A DNA stretch of 64,000 nucleotides from Octopus vulgaris (lineage: Eukaryota), in the NCBI GenBank assembly GCA_951406725.2, contig OX597814.1:27156001-27220000 (forward strand), in the 5' to 3' direction. Positions within the stretch are counted from its first letter, which is position 1; every line of letters begins with the position of its first letter. This document shows, piece after piece, positions 38,072-48,949 of the stretch. A model generated the notes under the pieces. It was given only the letters and a program-made list of their open reading frames with translations. It had not been told where the DNA came from and ran no database searches. Position numbers and translations under genes: made by a program.

Positions 38072-38075
<4 letters not shown>
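37856..38075. repeat. Imperfect ~100-bp-arm fold-back element (MITE-like)
   Basis: tttagaaggttg..cattggttttgca..tggccagaa / ttctggcca..tgcaaaaccaatg..caaccttctaaa with a 9-nt loop. Confidence 0.85.
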
Positions 38076-38107
<32 letters not shown>

Positions 38108-39976
38108 TTATCTTAGTTAATAGGAAGTCAGCAGGCTAATTTTATATATATAATCTGAAGAAAGAGATTATGTTTATATTAATCTAAGGACCATAGCCCA
38201 GTCAAATCCTCTTCTACCAGGAGATAGAGACAATAATAACAAATATATTTAATGTTTCCTGGAACTCAAAAAGGACTTTTAAGAATTAGTACTTATTTCA
38301 AGTTTAAAGCTGTTTAAGAAGATGAGAGCTAAATCTTCTATGGATAGAACACCAATGTATTATGGATAATAAATATTCTCAAGTAATCCCTTATCTTTCC
38401 TGAATAACTACATGAATATAGGTTATATAGAATTAAGTGGACTGATTAAATATACATAATGAAATAATTGAAGCAGAGGTCAATCCAATGTTTTGGAGCT
38501 AGAAATCAATAGCATAGCAAAGCTAAAAGTAGTTTAAATTATGCAAGAAATACTTAAACTAACTCTTTCATTACCATATTTATTGTGAGATATTCTGTGT
38601 TTCGTTCAATTAATTTTAAATATAACAAAGAATTTAGTAAAATAACTTAGTTATCATTAAGCTGGGGTTAGGAACATAAACTGTGACTAAGGTCTGGTGG
38701 AAGATTTTAATTCAAAACTTCTGAAAACAAGACATTTCTACTACAGAGCCAGAGGTGGTTTCAGCCAGATTGGTATCGAAAGGGCTAAGAAGTATCAGGA
38801 ACAAATCAGGCTCAACATAACCATAACAGTCACAAGGAGTGTCCAGACAACAATAGTCTAAAGCAGTGGTGTACCGATTCTTTTCAATAATTACAAGGTT
38901 TAACCTCTTTTATATAAACCTATCTGAAACCTGCTCTGGTCAAATAATACAAACTGCGTTTTTTCACCTTTTTGTTACTGAGTTTCTTTTGAAATAAACT
39001 ACTTAAGTTTCAATTATTTTTGAAAATAATGAAGAATTTTGTAAGATAATTTCCATTAATAAGCTGGTGTTTGGGACATAAATATGAAATTTTGATGGGA
39101 AGTTTTTAGATCGCCTTAGATCAGGAAGCATCATAGAACCAAGGACAGTCTCAGGCGGGATAGTATCTAAAGGGTTCAAGTACTCACAGCTAAATCAAAA
39201 TTCTATCATAATTAAATGTAAGAACCATTTGTTAATCAATGTCCCAAATACCAAGCTGATACCAAAATAATTACTTAATCTTCTAAAACTTTCTAAATTG
39301 TTATTTTCAAAACTAATTAAAACTCAGAAGGTGTGTTCTTTGCTAGAAATATCTTGAAGGATTAAACTCAGATCTTCACTAACACTGTTCAATTGTGATG
39401 GCTGGCAAGCCTCATTTGCAATGCATTTCTCATTTTGGTATTAACGTTTTTATTAACCTAACAATGCTTAATTAAAGCCTTAAAGTGAATGAACAGGTGT
39501 TATGCCAGGAATGGGGCACAAGTATATTCTCATATTTCTTCTACCAGGATCAAAACAAAAGTTGAAGACTTGTTTACATATAAAAATAAAGTGACGATAT
39601 TTCATAATTTTTTAAATAAATCATAGTAATATTAATAATAATAATAAATATTTATCTTTTAAACACATGAACATATTGTACTTGATGGCATAGAAGCCAT
39701 ATTAGATGCACTCCAGTTTCTGCAGCACATATTCAGGAAAAATGTTTTCAGTGCATTAAAGCATGCAATATAGGTTGAACTTCACATTTAGGAAGGACCC
39801 AGGGTGATTTTTAGAAGATATCTTTTTTTTGGAAAAAGAAAGGTGTGTTTTATATATCATCAAATATGGTAATTGTAAATGAAAAATAATGAAATATGAC
39901 GATGACTGACAAGAATGAGATTAATAATATAGAAAATTTAAGAGAGAGAGTTGAGTAGACACACAGACAGACATAC

Positions 39977-40393
39977 CTTAGAAAGAGATCGTAACACACT
40001 TGATTTACTATTGCGCACAACAACAGATCTTTTCTTTGATTCTGAAACAATATGGACTGAGGTTTTAACATGGTTCACCCTGTCTTGCAACTTCTGCTTT
40101 AGTGAAGGCCGTCCAGGGGAACGCTTTTTAGTTCTGAGATCATTAGAATGTACTCCATTACGCATAGTTGTCTTTGGTTGGGAAATTCTGGATTTGACAT
40201 TTCTTTTGGAAGGGGAACTATTGTGAGTCATGCGTGTTTTGGAGTCAATTAGGCCTAGTTTGGCACCCAATTTTCCAGCAACTTTTTTGACCAAATTCTG
40301 TTGCTGCATAGTAGCTAAGCCTCTAGCAGTTTCTGGAGTGCTTGCACTTGCACGTGCTGCTTTCCGATTTGGCGTCTGGAGACAGCGAACAAC
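39977..40393 (-). CDS. JARID2: JARID2 exon (basic low-complexity region)
   Basis: ttttatcag|GTT and AAG|gtatgt, 417 nt open, phase 0 to 0. VVRCLQTPNRK...VLRSLSK. Confidence 0.85.
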
Positions 40394-42391
40394 CTGATAA
40401 AATAACCAGAAAATAATTTAAGATAGAAAAACGAGTGTAAAGCACATAAGCATACATTTAGAAAAATCAATACTATGTTTTGACTTTAAAAAAAAATATC
40501 CTAGTATTATGGGTGGGCTGATGTTTCAGTAAATTAGATTTGATTCCTCTCTGAAACTGCTTTTTATTTATATCAGTTATTAAATCCCTTGTAACATGTA
40601 TCAATATTATAATTCCCACAGTCCCTTCTTCTACAAGTCTGAACTCAGTCTTCTGCCTATGTAAGAAATTGTTGATTAATATCATTCTTGTTTGGCCTTC
40701 TGACTATGTTAAAAATTATTATTGTTGTTGTTGTTACTTATAGCTGCAGGCATGGCTACAGGTGCAGCTTAAAATTAAACCAATGCCGATATATCTACTT
40801 TCCAGCCTGCAAAATGAAAAACATGCTGTCTTACCATATCATACAGTTGTAGATGAAACTGCATGCCTTGATGGAAAAAAAAAAAAAAGCTAGTCTTGTC
40901 TGTAGATTGATTTAACTGAAACCTAATACTCAATATTCCTTACTTTATCAAACAAAAGCTGAAATATTTGACACAAACAAAATTGTTGCATCTCAGATCC
41001 AAAGCTAAGTGTAAAACACATTAGAAAGAACAAATAGAGAGCACACAAAATGGTATACCATAAATGGGCATAGCATTAAAACGAGCACAAATAATTTAAA
41101 TATTATAAAACTGATGGGACACTATGCAAATTCATAGTTCTTGAAATTTATCCCAACGTATAACAAATTTTTTTTTTTTATTTAATTATCAACATTTTAG
41201 TACTCAAGAAGACATATCCTCCACAACAGAAGCATTAAAGCTTAATGAAGAGTATTGGCCTACAAGAGCTGTGTGCCGTTGCCATGTAAAAAGCACCCAT
41301 GCCAGTGCCACATGTTAGAGCTTGTGTGATGCCACATTAAAAGCAACCAGAAAATACTGTTGTCTGGTTGGTGTTAGGAAGGGCATCCAACCACAGAAAC
41401 CAAGCCAAATCAGACTAGAACTTGGTGTAGCTCTCCAGCTTGCCAGCTCTGGTCAAACCATCTGACTCAAGCCAGCATGGAAAACAGATGTTAAAGGATG
41501 ATGTTGTAGTTGATGATGATCCAAATTTTAATTTTGTAAGCCTTTTTTTTTTGTCATCTTAGTGCAGGTTGGATGTATTATACAAAATTTTTCAGAGGGT
41601 TTCAATATTATATCATATTATATAACAAGAAAGCAGTGAGATGGCAGAATTATTAGAGCATCAGAGAAAATGCTTTGCAGTATTTCTTCTGACTCATTAC
41701 ATTCTGAATTCAAATTCAAGTATTGGGATAATCAGCTTGCTCCCTCCCCTTGAAATTGCTGGCCTTGTGCCAAAATTAGAAAGAATAATATACAGCATGA
41801 TACAACAGTACAATGTATATCCTATTCCTTTCCATGTCTAATTCATTCTATTTTTACCACAAGTATCTTTCACCAATTCACAGCATGTTTTCAACATGAA
41901 TCATCATCAACATCCATTTTCCCATGCTGGCATTAATTGGACATACCTTCTTCAACACAGCATCTCCTCCCCATTGTTTTGGTGGGCTTTCGACATCCCC
42001 TTCATGAGGTTTGAGGCTCATCCTCCTGAGAGTAGATTTCAACATTTCTCCCTCTTTTCCTTGGTCTGCGTGCACATGTGTGTGTGTTCACAATACACAT
42101 GTATATGAGTATAATTGTTTTTCCTACGTACATCAATCTTTTAGTCTTTTACTGTTACTGGTTTCAGTCATTAGACTGCAGCCAAGCTGGAGCACAGTAT
42201 TTGAGTATTCTAGTTGATCCTAACAACCCAGTATATAGTTCAACCTGGTATTTATATTTTGTCAATTGCTGTTTGTCAAACAGCCAAGTTATAGAAAATG
42301 TTAACAACAATACCAGTTAGAGACTGATGCAAGAATATACACAGAAACACTTACACATACATATCATGGGTTTCTGCACAGGTTCTGTCTA

Positions 42392-42730
42392 ACCACATGG
42401 CTCAGTGGTTAGAGCGTCGAGCTTACGATCGTGAGGTTGTGAGCTCGAATCCCGGACCGGGCTGCGTGTTGTGTTCTTGAGCAAGGCACTTTATTTCACG
42501 TTGCTCCAGTTCACTCAGCTGTAGAAATGAGTTGCGACGTCACAGGTGCCAAGCTGTATCGACCTTTGTCTTTCCCTTGGATAACGCTGGTGGCGTGGAG
42601 AGGGGAGGCTGGTATGCATGGGCGACTGCTGGTCTTCCATAAACAATCTTGCCCAGACTTGTGTCTAGGAGGTTAACTTTCTAGGTGCAATCCCATGGTC
42701 ATTCATGACCGAAGGGGGTCTTCTGTCTTC
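42392..42730 (+). mobile_element. tRNA-derived SINE (head H2, tail T3) nested in a family A remnant
   Basis: catggctcagtggttagagcg..gctcgaatccc..gagcaaggcactttatttcacgttgctccag; a second copy lies at about 45300-45640 on the minus strand. Confidence 0.8.
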
Positions 42731-42919
42731 TTCTTCTGTCTACTAAATTCCACAGACAAGATAATGGTCAACCCAAAACTATAGAAAGCACCTGCTCAAA
42801 ATGTTGTGTAGTGGGATTTAAATTCAGAACTCTGAAGCTATAAAATATTTTGGTTGCATTCTCTATTCACTGATATATAAAACTCCATTACACATCAAAT
42901 CATGCACATTTCTCTCCAA

Positions 42920-43335
42920 TCATCATCATCATCATTTAGCATCCGCTTTCCATGCTAACATGGGTTGGATGGTTCAACTGGGGTCTGGGAGGCCAGAAGG
43001 CTGCACCAGGCCCATTCTGATTTGGCAGTGTTTCTACGGCTCGATGCCCTTCCTAACGCCAACAAGTCCATGAGTGTAGTTGGTGCTTTTTACGTGCCAG
43101 ACGGGGCTGGCAAACGGCCAGGGTCGGATGGTGCTTTTCAGGTGCCACCGGCATGGGGGCCAGGCAAGGCTGGCAACGGCCACGATCGGATGGTGTGTTT
43201 TACGTGCCACCAGTACGAGGGCCAGGCAAGGCTGGCAACGGCCACGATCGGATGGTGCGTTTTACGTGCCACCGGCATGGGGGCCAGGCGAGGCTGGCAA
43301 CGGCCACGATCGGATGGTGCTTTTTACGTGCCAGG
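42920..43335 (-). mobile_element. RTE-like 3' end with about four 60-bp internal units
   Basis: (CAT)n tail, family body and repeated ggctggcaacggccacgatcggatggtg. Confidence 0.8.
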
Positions 43336-43630
43336 CTGCAACAAGACAACTAATATTAGGCTTTGAAGCACACTGTCTTACTATTGTATTTCAAGGAATT
43401 CCCAGTCTTGCGTATCAATTGATTTAACTGAAACCTAATACCTAATAACAGTTATGAACAGTAAACTGTGTATAAAGAGGAAAAATATGAAAACAACAAA
43501 AATAGGATTCACAAGCCCCATACATCAAAGTTTTTTACACTGGATTTTGAATGGGTGATTACAAAGAAGAAGAACGAAAAGAAAATAAACAATAAAAAAA
43601 TGTTTTGAGCCTTTTCAATGTAATACTTAC

Positions 43631-43854
43631 ATGGAAAGATGACATTACATCAGTAACATCATCATTACTACTTGTACTTGTTGCAGTAGAAAGAGGAGAG
43701 CTCTCACGTGTCTGTGCACGCGATGAACTGATATGATGCTTATAGTTGACACTGGCTGGTGTTTGGGGACGGCTATTCTCTCCACCGGAGACTGAGGCAG
43801 AATCTTTACTTGAATAGTTGAAAAAATCCAGATGAGATGGCAAGACAGAACTAC
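43631..43854 (-). CDS. JARID2: JARID2 exon (Ser-rich)
   Basis: tttcag| and CAT|gtaagt, 224 nt, phase 1 to 0. GSSVLPSHLDFFN...VMSSFH continues the LCLRG motif. Confidence 0.92.
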
Positions 43855-43977
43855 CTGAAATGCGTATAATGAACCCTCAATCAATCAACTAATTACTATT
43901 AAAATGTATATATCAAACATTGCAAATTTCAAGGCATTTATTAGACCAGAAGTTAAGTTAACATATCATAATCTTAC

Positions 43978-44123
43978 CTCTTAAACATAAAAAAGTAAGG
44001 AAATCTTCTGTTTTAGCTCTTTTTGGCAAACAAAGGGGAGACATTTTGCTTTTATTTGGAGTTGAAATTGGAGTAGAAGGAAGTGAGCACTGAGCAAATT
44101 TTCTTTGTGCATGAATTTTAGTC
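43978..44123 (-). CDS. JARID2: JARID2 exon with the PRC2-interacting segment (K116-equivalent RKF motif)
   Basis: ttttcag| and G|gtaaga, 146 nt, phase 2 to 1. Encodes [12 protein letters not shown]...[16 protein letters not shown], a JARID2 signature. Confidence 0.97.
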
Positions 44124-45716
44124 CTGAAAAATAGAAAAAAATAAAAATCCACATCATACAATTTAGTGAGAAGGTAGAGTTTTCTAGATTGCAGCAAACA
44201 TAAAGCATGAATTGCTTACAGGAGTACAAAATTTCAAATTCAAAAAGGAGGAGAAATAAGACTGTGTGATGCAGATGCCTTTCTCAAGTGTGTTAGCAAT
44301 ATAAGTAGAAGTAAAATGGTTTCATCTCTGAAAACAAAACCAGATCATCGACTTGGGTTTTTTGTGGTTTATTCATACTCTACAATGCTCAACATCAAGG
44401 GATAAATCAAGAAAATGTTTATTTTTTTTATTTGATACAGAATCACAGACGTAAAGGGACGAGGTTGTCTTAACATTTTCTATCAGTTCCATGAGAATGA
44501 AATGAATTAGATTTAAGCAGAAAATGAAAGTAACTCATAGAATGAACTTGCTCTAAACTTGCACAAAATTTATATGGGACAGGGTACAAGGTGATTGAAT
44601 AAAGCTCAGCATATGACTGGTATTTTATTTTATCAACTACAAAGTGATGAAAAGAAAAAAAAACTCTCAAAGGAAAATGATGTTAACTCGAAATATAAAA
44701 TGCTGGATAGAATGCTCCATGGCATATGTAGTGATTCTCTATATTCTGAGTTAAAATCTAACTGATCAACTTTCTATTTCTTCCTTCCATGGTTAAAAAT
44801 AAATATTTATCCAGGGCAGTGGATAGGTGAAACTGTTACAGAGTTAACCATTTCACATTCAGATTACTCCATCAAATGCAATTCTTATTTATTCACATTA
44901 TTTTGAATCAGTAATCTCGTAGCTTAAAGATTTTGATATGATTGTCATCTTTAGAATGACATAGAGTTGGTTCGAACATAGAGCAAGTAGAATATTTGGG
45001 CAGGATATGGCCAGTTTAAATGCTAACGGGTATGGTAACTGTTCCAGCTCTTCTGCATTGCGATTGGTGCCAAGCAGAATCAGCCCAAGTGAGCAGACTT
45101 TCCTAAAGATAAACATCAGTGGTGTGGAGAGAGGGGACTTGGATGCATAGGCAACTGCTAGTCTTCAGTTCAAAATCTTGCCAAGACAAATACAGATGTA
45201 TGTAGATGCATGGTCAATCTTGATTGATGGAGGCTCTACACCAAAGTATTCAGTCTCACATACTTAGCATTCCTCCTCCATCAACATAAAGAGTAAAGGA
45301 TAAAGACCCCCTTCAATGACAAATGACCATGAGATTGCACTTAGAAAGTTCCCCTACAAGGTACAAGTCCAGGTAAGGTTGTTAGTGAAAGACCATCAGC
45401 CACCCATGCATACCAATCTCCCCTCTTCATGCCACTGATGTTGTCCAAGGAAAAAATAAAGGTCAATACGGTTTGGCACCAGTGACATTGCAACTCATTT
45501 CTACAGCTGAGTGAACTGGAGCAACATGAAATAAAGTATCTTACTCAAGAACACAACACACAGTCTGGTCCAGGAATCTAACTCATAACCTCATAATTAT
45601 AAGCCCAAAGCTCTAACCACTGAACCATGTCCCTTCACATACACCTTCCATCAACATACAAATCAGGAAAATGATAACAAAAAAAAACAACAATAGACAC
45701 ACTCACACACTATTAA

Positions 45717-46126
45717 CCCTTTTGATACCAACCCACCTGAAACCGTCTCTGGCTCTTTAGTACAAATGTCTTGTGTTCATAAGTTTTGAATTAAAATCCT
45801 CCACCAAACTTTAGTTACAATTTATGTTCCTAACACCAGCTTAATAATAATGAAGTTCCCTTTCTCTCTCTTTTGGAGAGGCACTGAGCAGCTATACGCA
45901 CACATACACACACGGCAGTTACTTCACTAAGCTCCGGTCGGCTCGGGGCTATAGTGGAAGACACCTACCCAAAGTGCCACGCAGTGGGACTGAACCCGAA
46001 ACCATGTAGCTAGGAAGCAAGCTCCCTAACCACACAGCCATGCCCATTTTACGAAATTCTTTGTTACATTTAAAATTACTTGAAAGAAACACAGAGCATC
46101 TCAAAATAAATACGGTAACAAAAGGG
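45717..46126. mobile_element. piggyBac-like MITE with a nested SINE A head
   Basis: TTAA|cccttttgatacc...ggtaacaaaaggg|TTAA; insert at about 45858-46045. Confidence 0.75.
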
Positions 46127-46141
46127 TTAAAACCAACTGAC

Positions 46142-46569
46142 CTCTTGATATCTGTCGCTGCCAAGTTGGCTGACCTTATATGGGTCCCAACTGCATGGAG
46201 AGGCTTCATCGAGTCTCTGCTGTTCTCATCGACAACAGTACTCCTAACAGCCGATGTTGTAGAGGAGTTACTGCTCTGAATAGACTGACAGAATGAAGGA
46301 GAAGATGAATAGTTATTGCAAGTAGAGTTGGTTAAGACTGGCACTGCTGTTGCCGATCTGTTGCAATCAAGGTAACTGTTGCTGTTACAACTACTTCTAC
46401 CACTGCTTTGGTTAGTTTTTCTGTTGGCAGTTGACAAAACAGGACTTTCCTTCTGGTTTTGCCACTGCTCGTGCTGCTGGCGGTTTTGACGCCGACTGTC
46501 TTGCAGAGACGCGTACAAAGCCCGTTTTAATTCTCGTTCTTCTCTCCATGATAATCCAGATGTATCATC
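46142..46569 (-). CDS. JARID2: JARID2 first visible coding exon (UIM-like N-terminal segment plus Ser/Asn-rich linker)
   Basis: ttttag|GAT acceptor, AG|gtcagt donor, 428 nt, phase 0 to 2. Starts DDTSGLSWREERELKRALYASLQD, matching the vertebrate JARID2 N-terminus [24 protein letters not shown]. Confidence 0.9.
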
Positions 46570-46920
46570 CTAAAAACAAAAGAGAAAAATCATTTGAAAA
46601 ATTTTTTTAATGCATTTTATTAAAATCAGAAAAAAACAAAATATGCTTGTATCTGTGTGCATGAGAGAGAGATGCATTAGAGCTGAGACATTAATACTTT
46701 GGACTGCTAACTATATGATCAAGAAGTTCAAACCTAGCTACATAACTGTATCGTGGCCTTTTAAGGTTTTTACTTCAGTTTGCCAAATACATGAGAGATT
46801 TTGTCTATATTTTATAACTGAAAGGTAAAAATTAAGCAAGGCATCCAGTTCTAAAATATGATTCATGAAACATTTTTTTAAAAATCCATTACATCCTCAC
46901 TGACAGGTGAAGGAAATACT

Positions 46921-47352
46921 GGTTTCAAATTTTGGCACAAGGCCAGCAATTTCAAGGGATGGTTAAGTTAGTTACATTGACCCCAGTGTCCAACTGGTAC
47001 TTATTTTATTGACTCTGAAAGGAATGAAAGGCAAAGTCAATCTTGGCAGAATTTGAACTCAGAACATAAAGACAGACGAAATGCCTCTAAATGTTTCCCC
47101 CAGTATGCTAATGATTCTGCAAGCTCACTGCCTTAGGAGGAAATATTAATTTTAAATTTTGGCACAAGGCCAGCAATTACAGGGAAGTGGGTAAGTCAAT
47201 TACATCAACCCCAGCACTCAACTGGTACTTATTTTATAGACCCTGAAAGGATAAAAGGCAATGTCAACCTCAGTGAAATTTGAACTCAGGATATAAGGGC
47301 AGACGAAATGCTACTAAGCATTTTGTCCTGTGTGCTATTGATTCCACCAGGG
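46921..47352 (-). mobile_element. Tandem pair of SINE family C copies
   Basis: Two copies separated and flanked by g(g/a)aggaaata(t/c)t. Single copies lie near 6148, 11950, 25012, 41635 and 48951. Confidence 0.85.
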
Positions 47353-48065
47353 GGAGGAAATATTGATAAGTATTTTGCATTGTTTTCTGTCAGTGTGTGG
47401 GCGACCTTATGTCAGAACAATTATTTTTTATAGCTGGAAAACTTTCTTACAGTTCGTCAAACAACCATGGTACAGGAAAGTCAAGCGAATTGGAACAAGC
47501 AAAGTTAGGTGCCTTACTCAGCAATATAACACAATGGCTGATGTCCTGCCTGAACTTATGACCATGAAATTAGTCGACCACTTTATTACATGGCCATTGT
47601 GTGTCATTAATGACAGGAAATATATTTAAACCAGTAACAAAATATACATGATTGTGAAAGGTACATGTAAGTCAACCCATACATGGCCACACAATTTACT
47701 AGAAATAGCAGCCAAATATCTATCAACTCCCATCTCATCATCCTAATAAAAAAAGAGAAGGATACATTTGATAATGTAGTTCAGGGTACACTATGGCTAG
47801 AGAAAATTGTGAACTGTTTACTGAGCAGTTAACTGTACTCGGCCATGCTGACCACAACAAAATATATCAAACAGCAAATGACCAAGTCTTGAAGATATTT
47901 ATTTTCAATCATGAGGTTTCCAGTTTGATCCCATTGTGTGATAGCTTAAGTATCTTCTTCCATAATCTCGGTCGAGCTAAACTTTCTGAGTGAAAGTGAG
48001 TTGACCGAAACTGAGAAGATGACTATCAAATGGGTTGTGTGACACTGTATCTATTTCGTTTTTTT

Positions 48066-48445
48066 TATCTTTTTACTTGTTTCACTCATTAAACTGCAGC
48101 CATGCTGGGGCACCAATTTGACAGGTTTAGTCAAACTAACTGATCCCTGTACTTATTTTTTGAAACCTGGTACCTATTCTATCTGTTTCTTTAGCTGAAC
48201 TGCTAAGCTAAGGGGACATAAACAAACCAACACTGGTTGTTAAGCAGTGGGGTGGAGACAAACACACACACAACATATGCATATATACAATAGGCTTCCC
48301 AACAGTTTCCATCTACCAAGCTCCTTCACAAGGCATTGGTTAGCCTGGGCATATGGTAGAAGACACTTTCCCAAGGTGCTGAACTGCGGGACTGAACCCT
48401 AAACCACATAGTTGCAAAGTAAGCTTCTTAACCACTCAGCCATGT
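48066..48445 (-). mobile_element. SINE family A, diverged
   Basis: Same head and tail motifs. Other partial copies lie near 5705, 15765, 20700, 22978, 27982, 51190, 60945, 61695 and 62370. Confidence 0.75.
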
Positions 48446-48904
48446 GTGTGTCTATATCTAGACAAAGATTAGATTAAGGCAACAAATGTTTGTGGAATAT
48501 TCGGCCACTTGCACTATCATACAAATGGTTCCATTGATTACACAACCTTCTTTTATTGAAGCCATGAGGAGATTCATTCATCCATATCAACTAAGCATTA
48601 ATTATTGTTTTCAAAATAATATACCAAAAAAAGAAATACTTGCTAAACTAGCAATCATTTCAGTTAGTTCTATAATTAAACGGTTACATTCTTTATGCAA
48701 ATATTCTTTCTAAAAATTAGCTTTTAACTTGAGAAACATTATACAAAATTTGTTCCACAATCAGTAATTTTCAAAGAGTAACTGTACAGCCGTTTCCTGA
48801 ATTATATTATAAATCATATTACTTTAATACTTTGATTCAAACAAAATTTTTCTCTCCAATATGTGAAGGATCGATTTTATTGATCTCTTCTTTTCCTTTT
48901 CTAA

Positions 48905-48949
<45 letters not shown>

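Noticed and set aside
10702-46569. KDM5/lid active demethylase, or a pseudogene
   Set aside because: No PHD or PLU-1 exons, Fe ligands are absent and JARID2-specific motifs are present; all 20 exons join in frame without internal stops.
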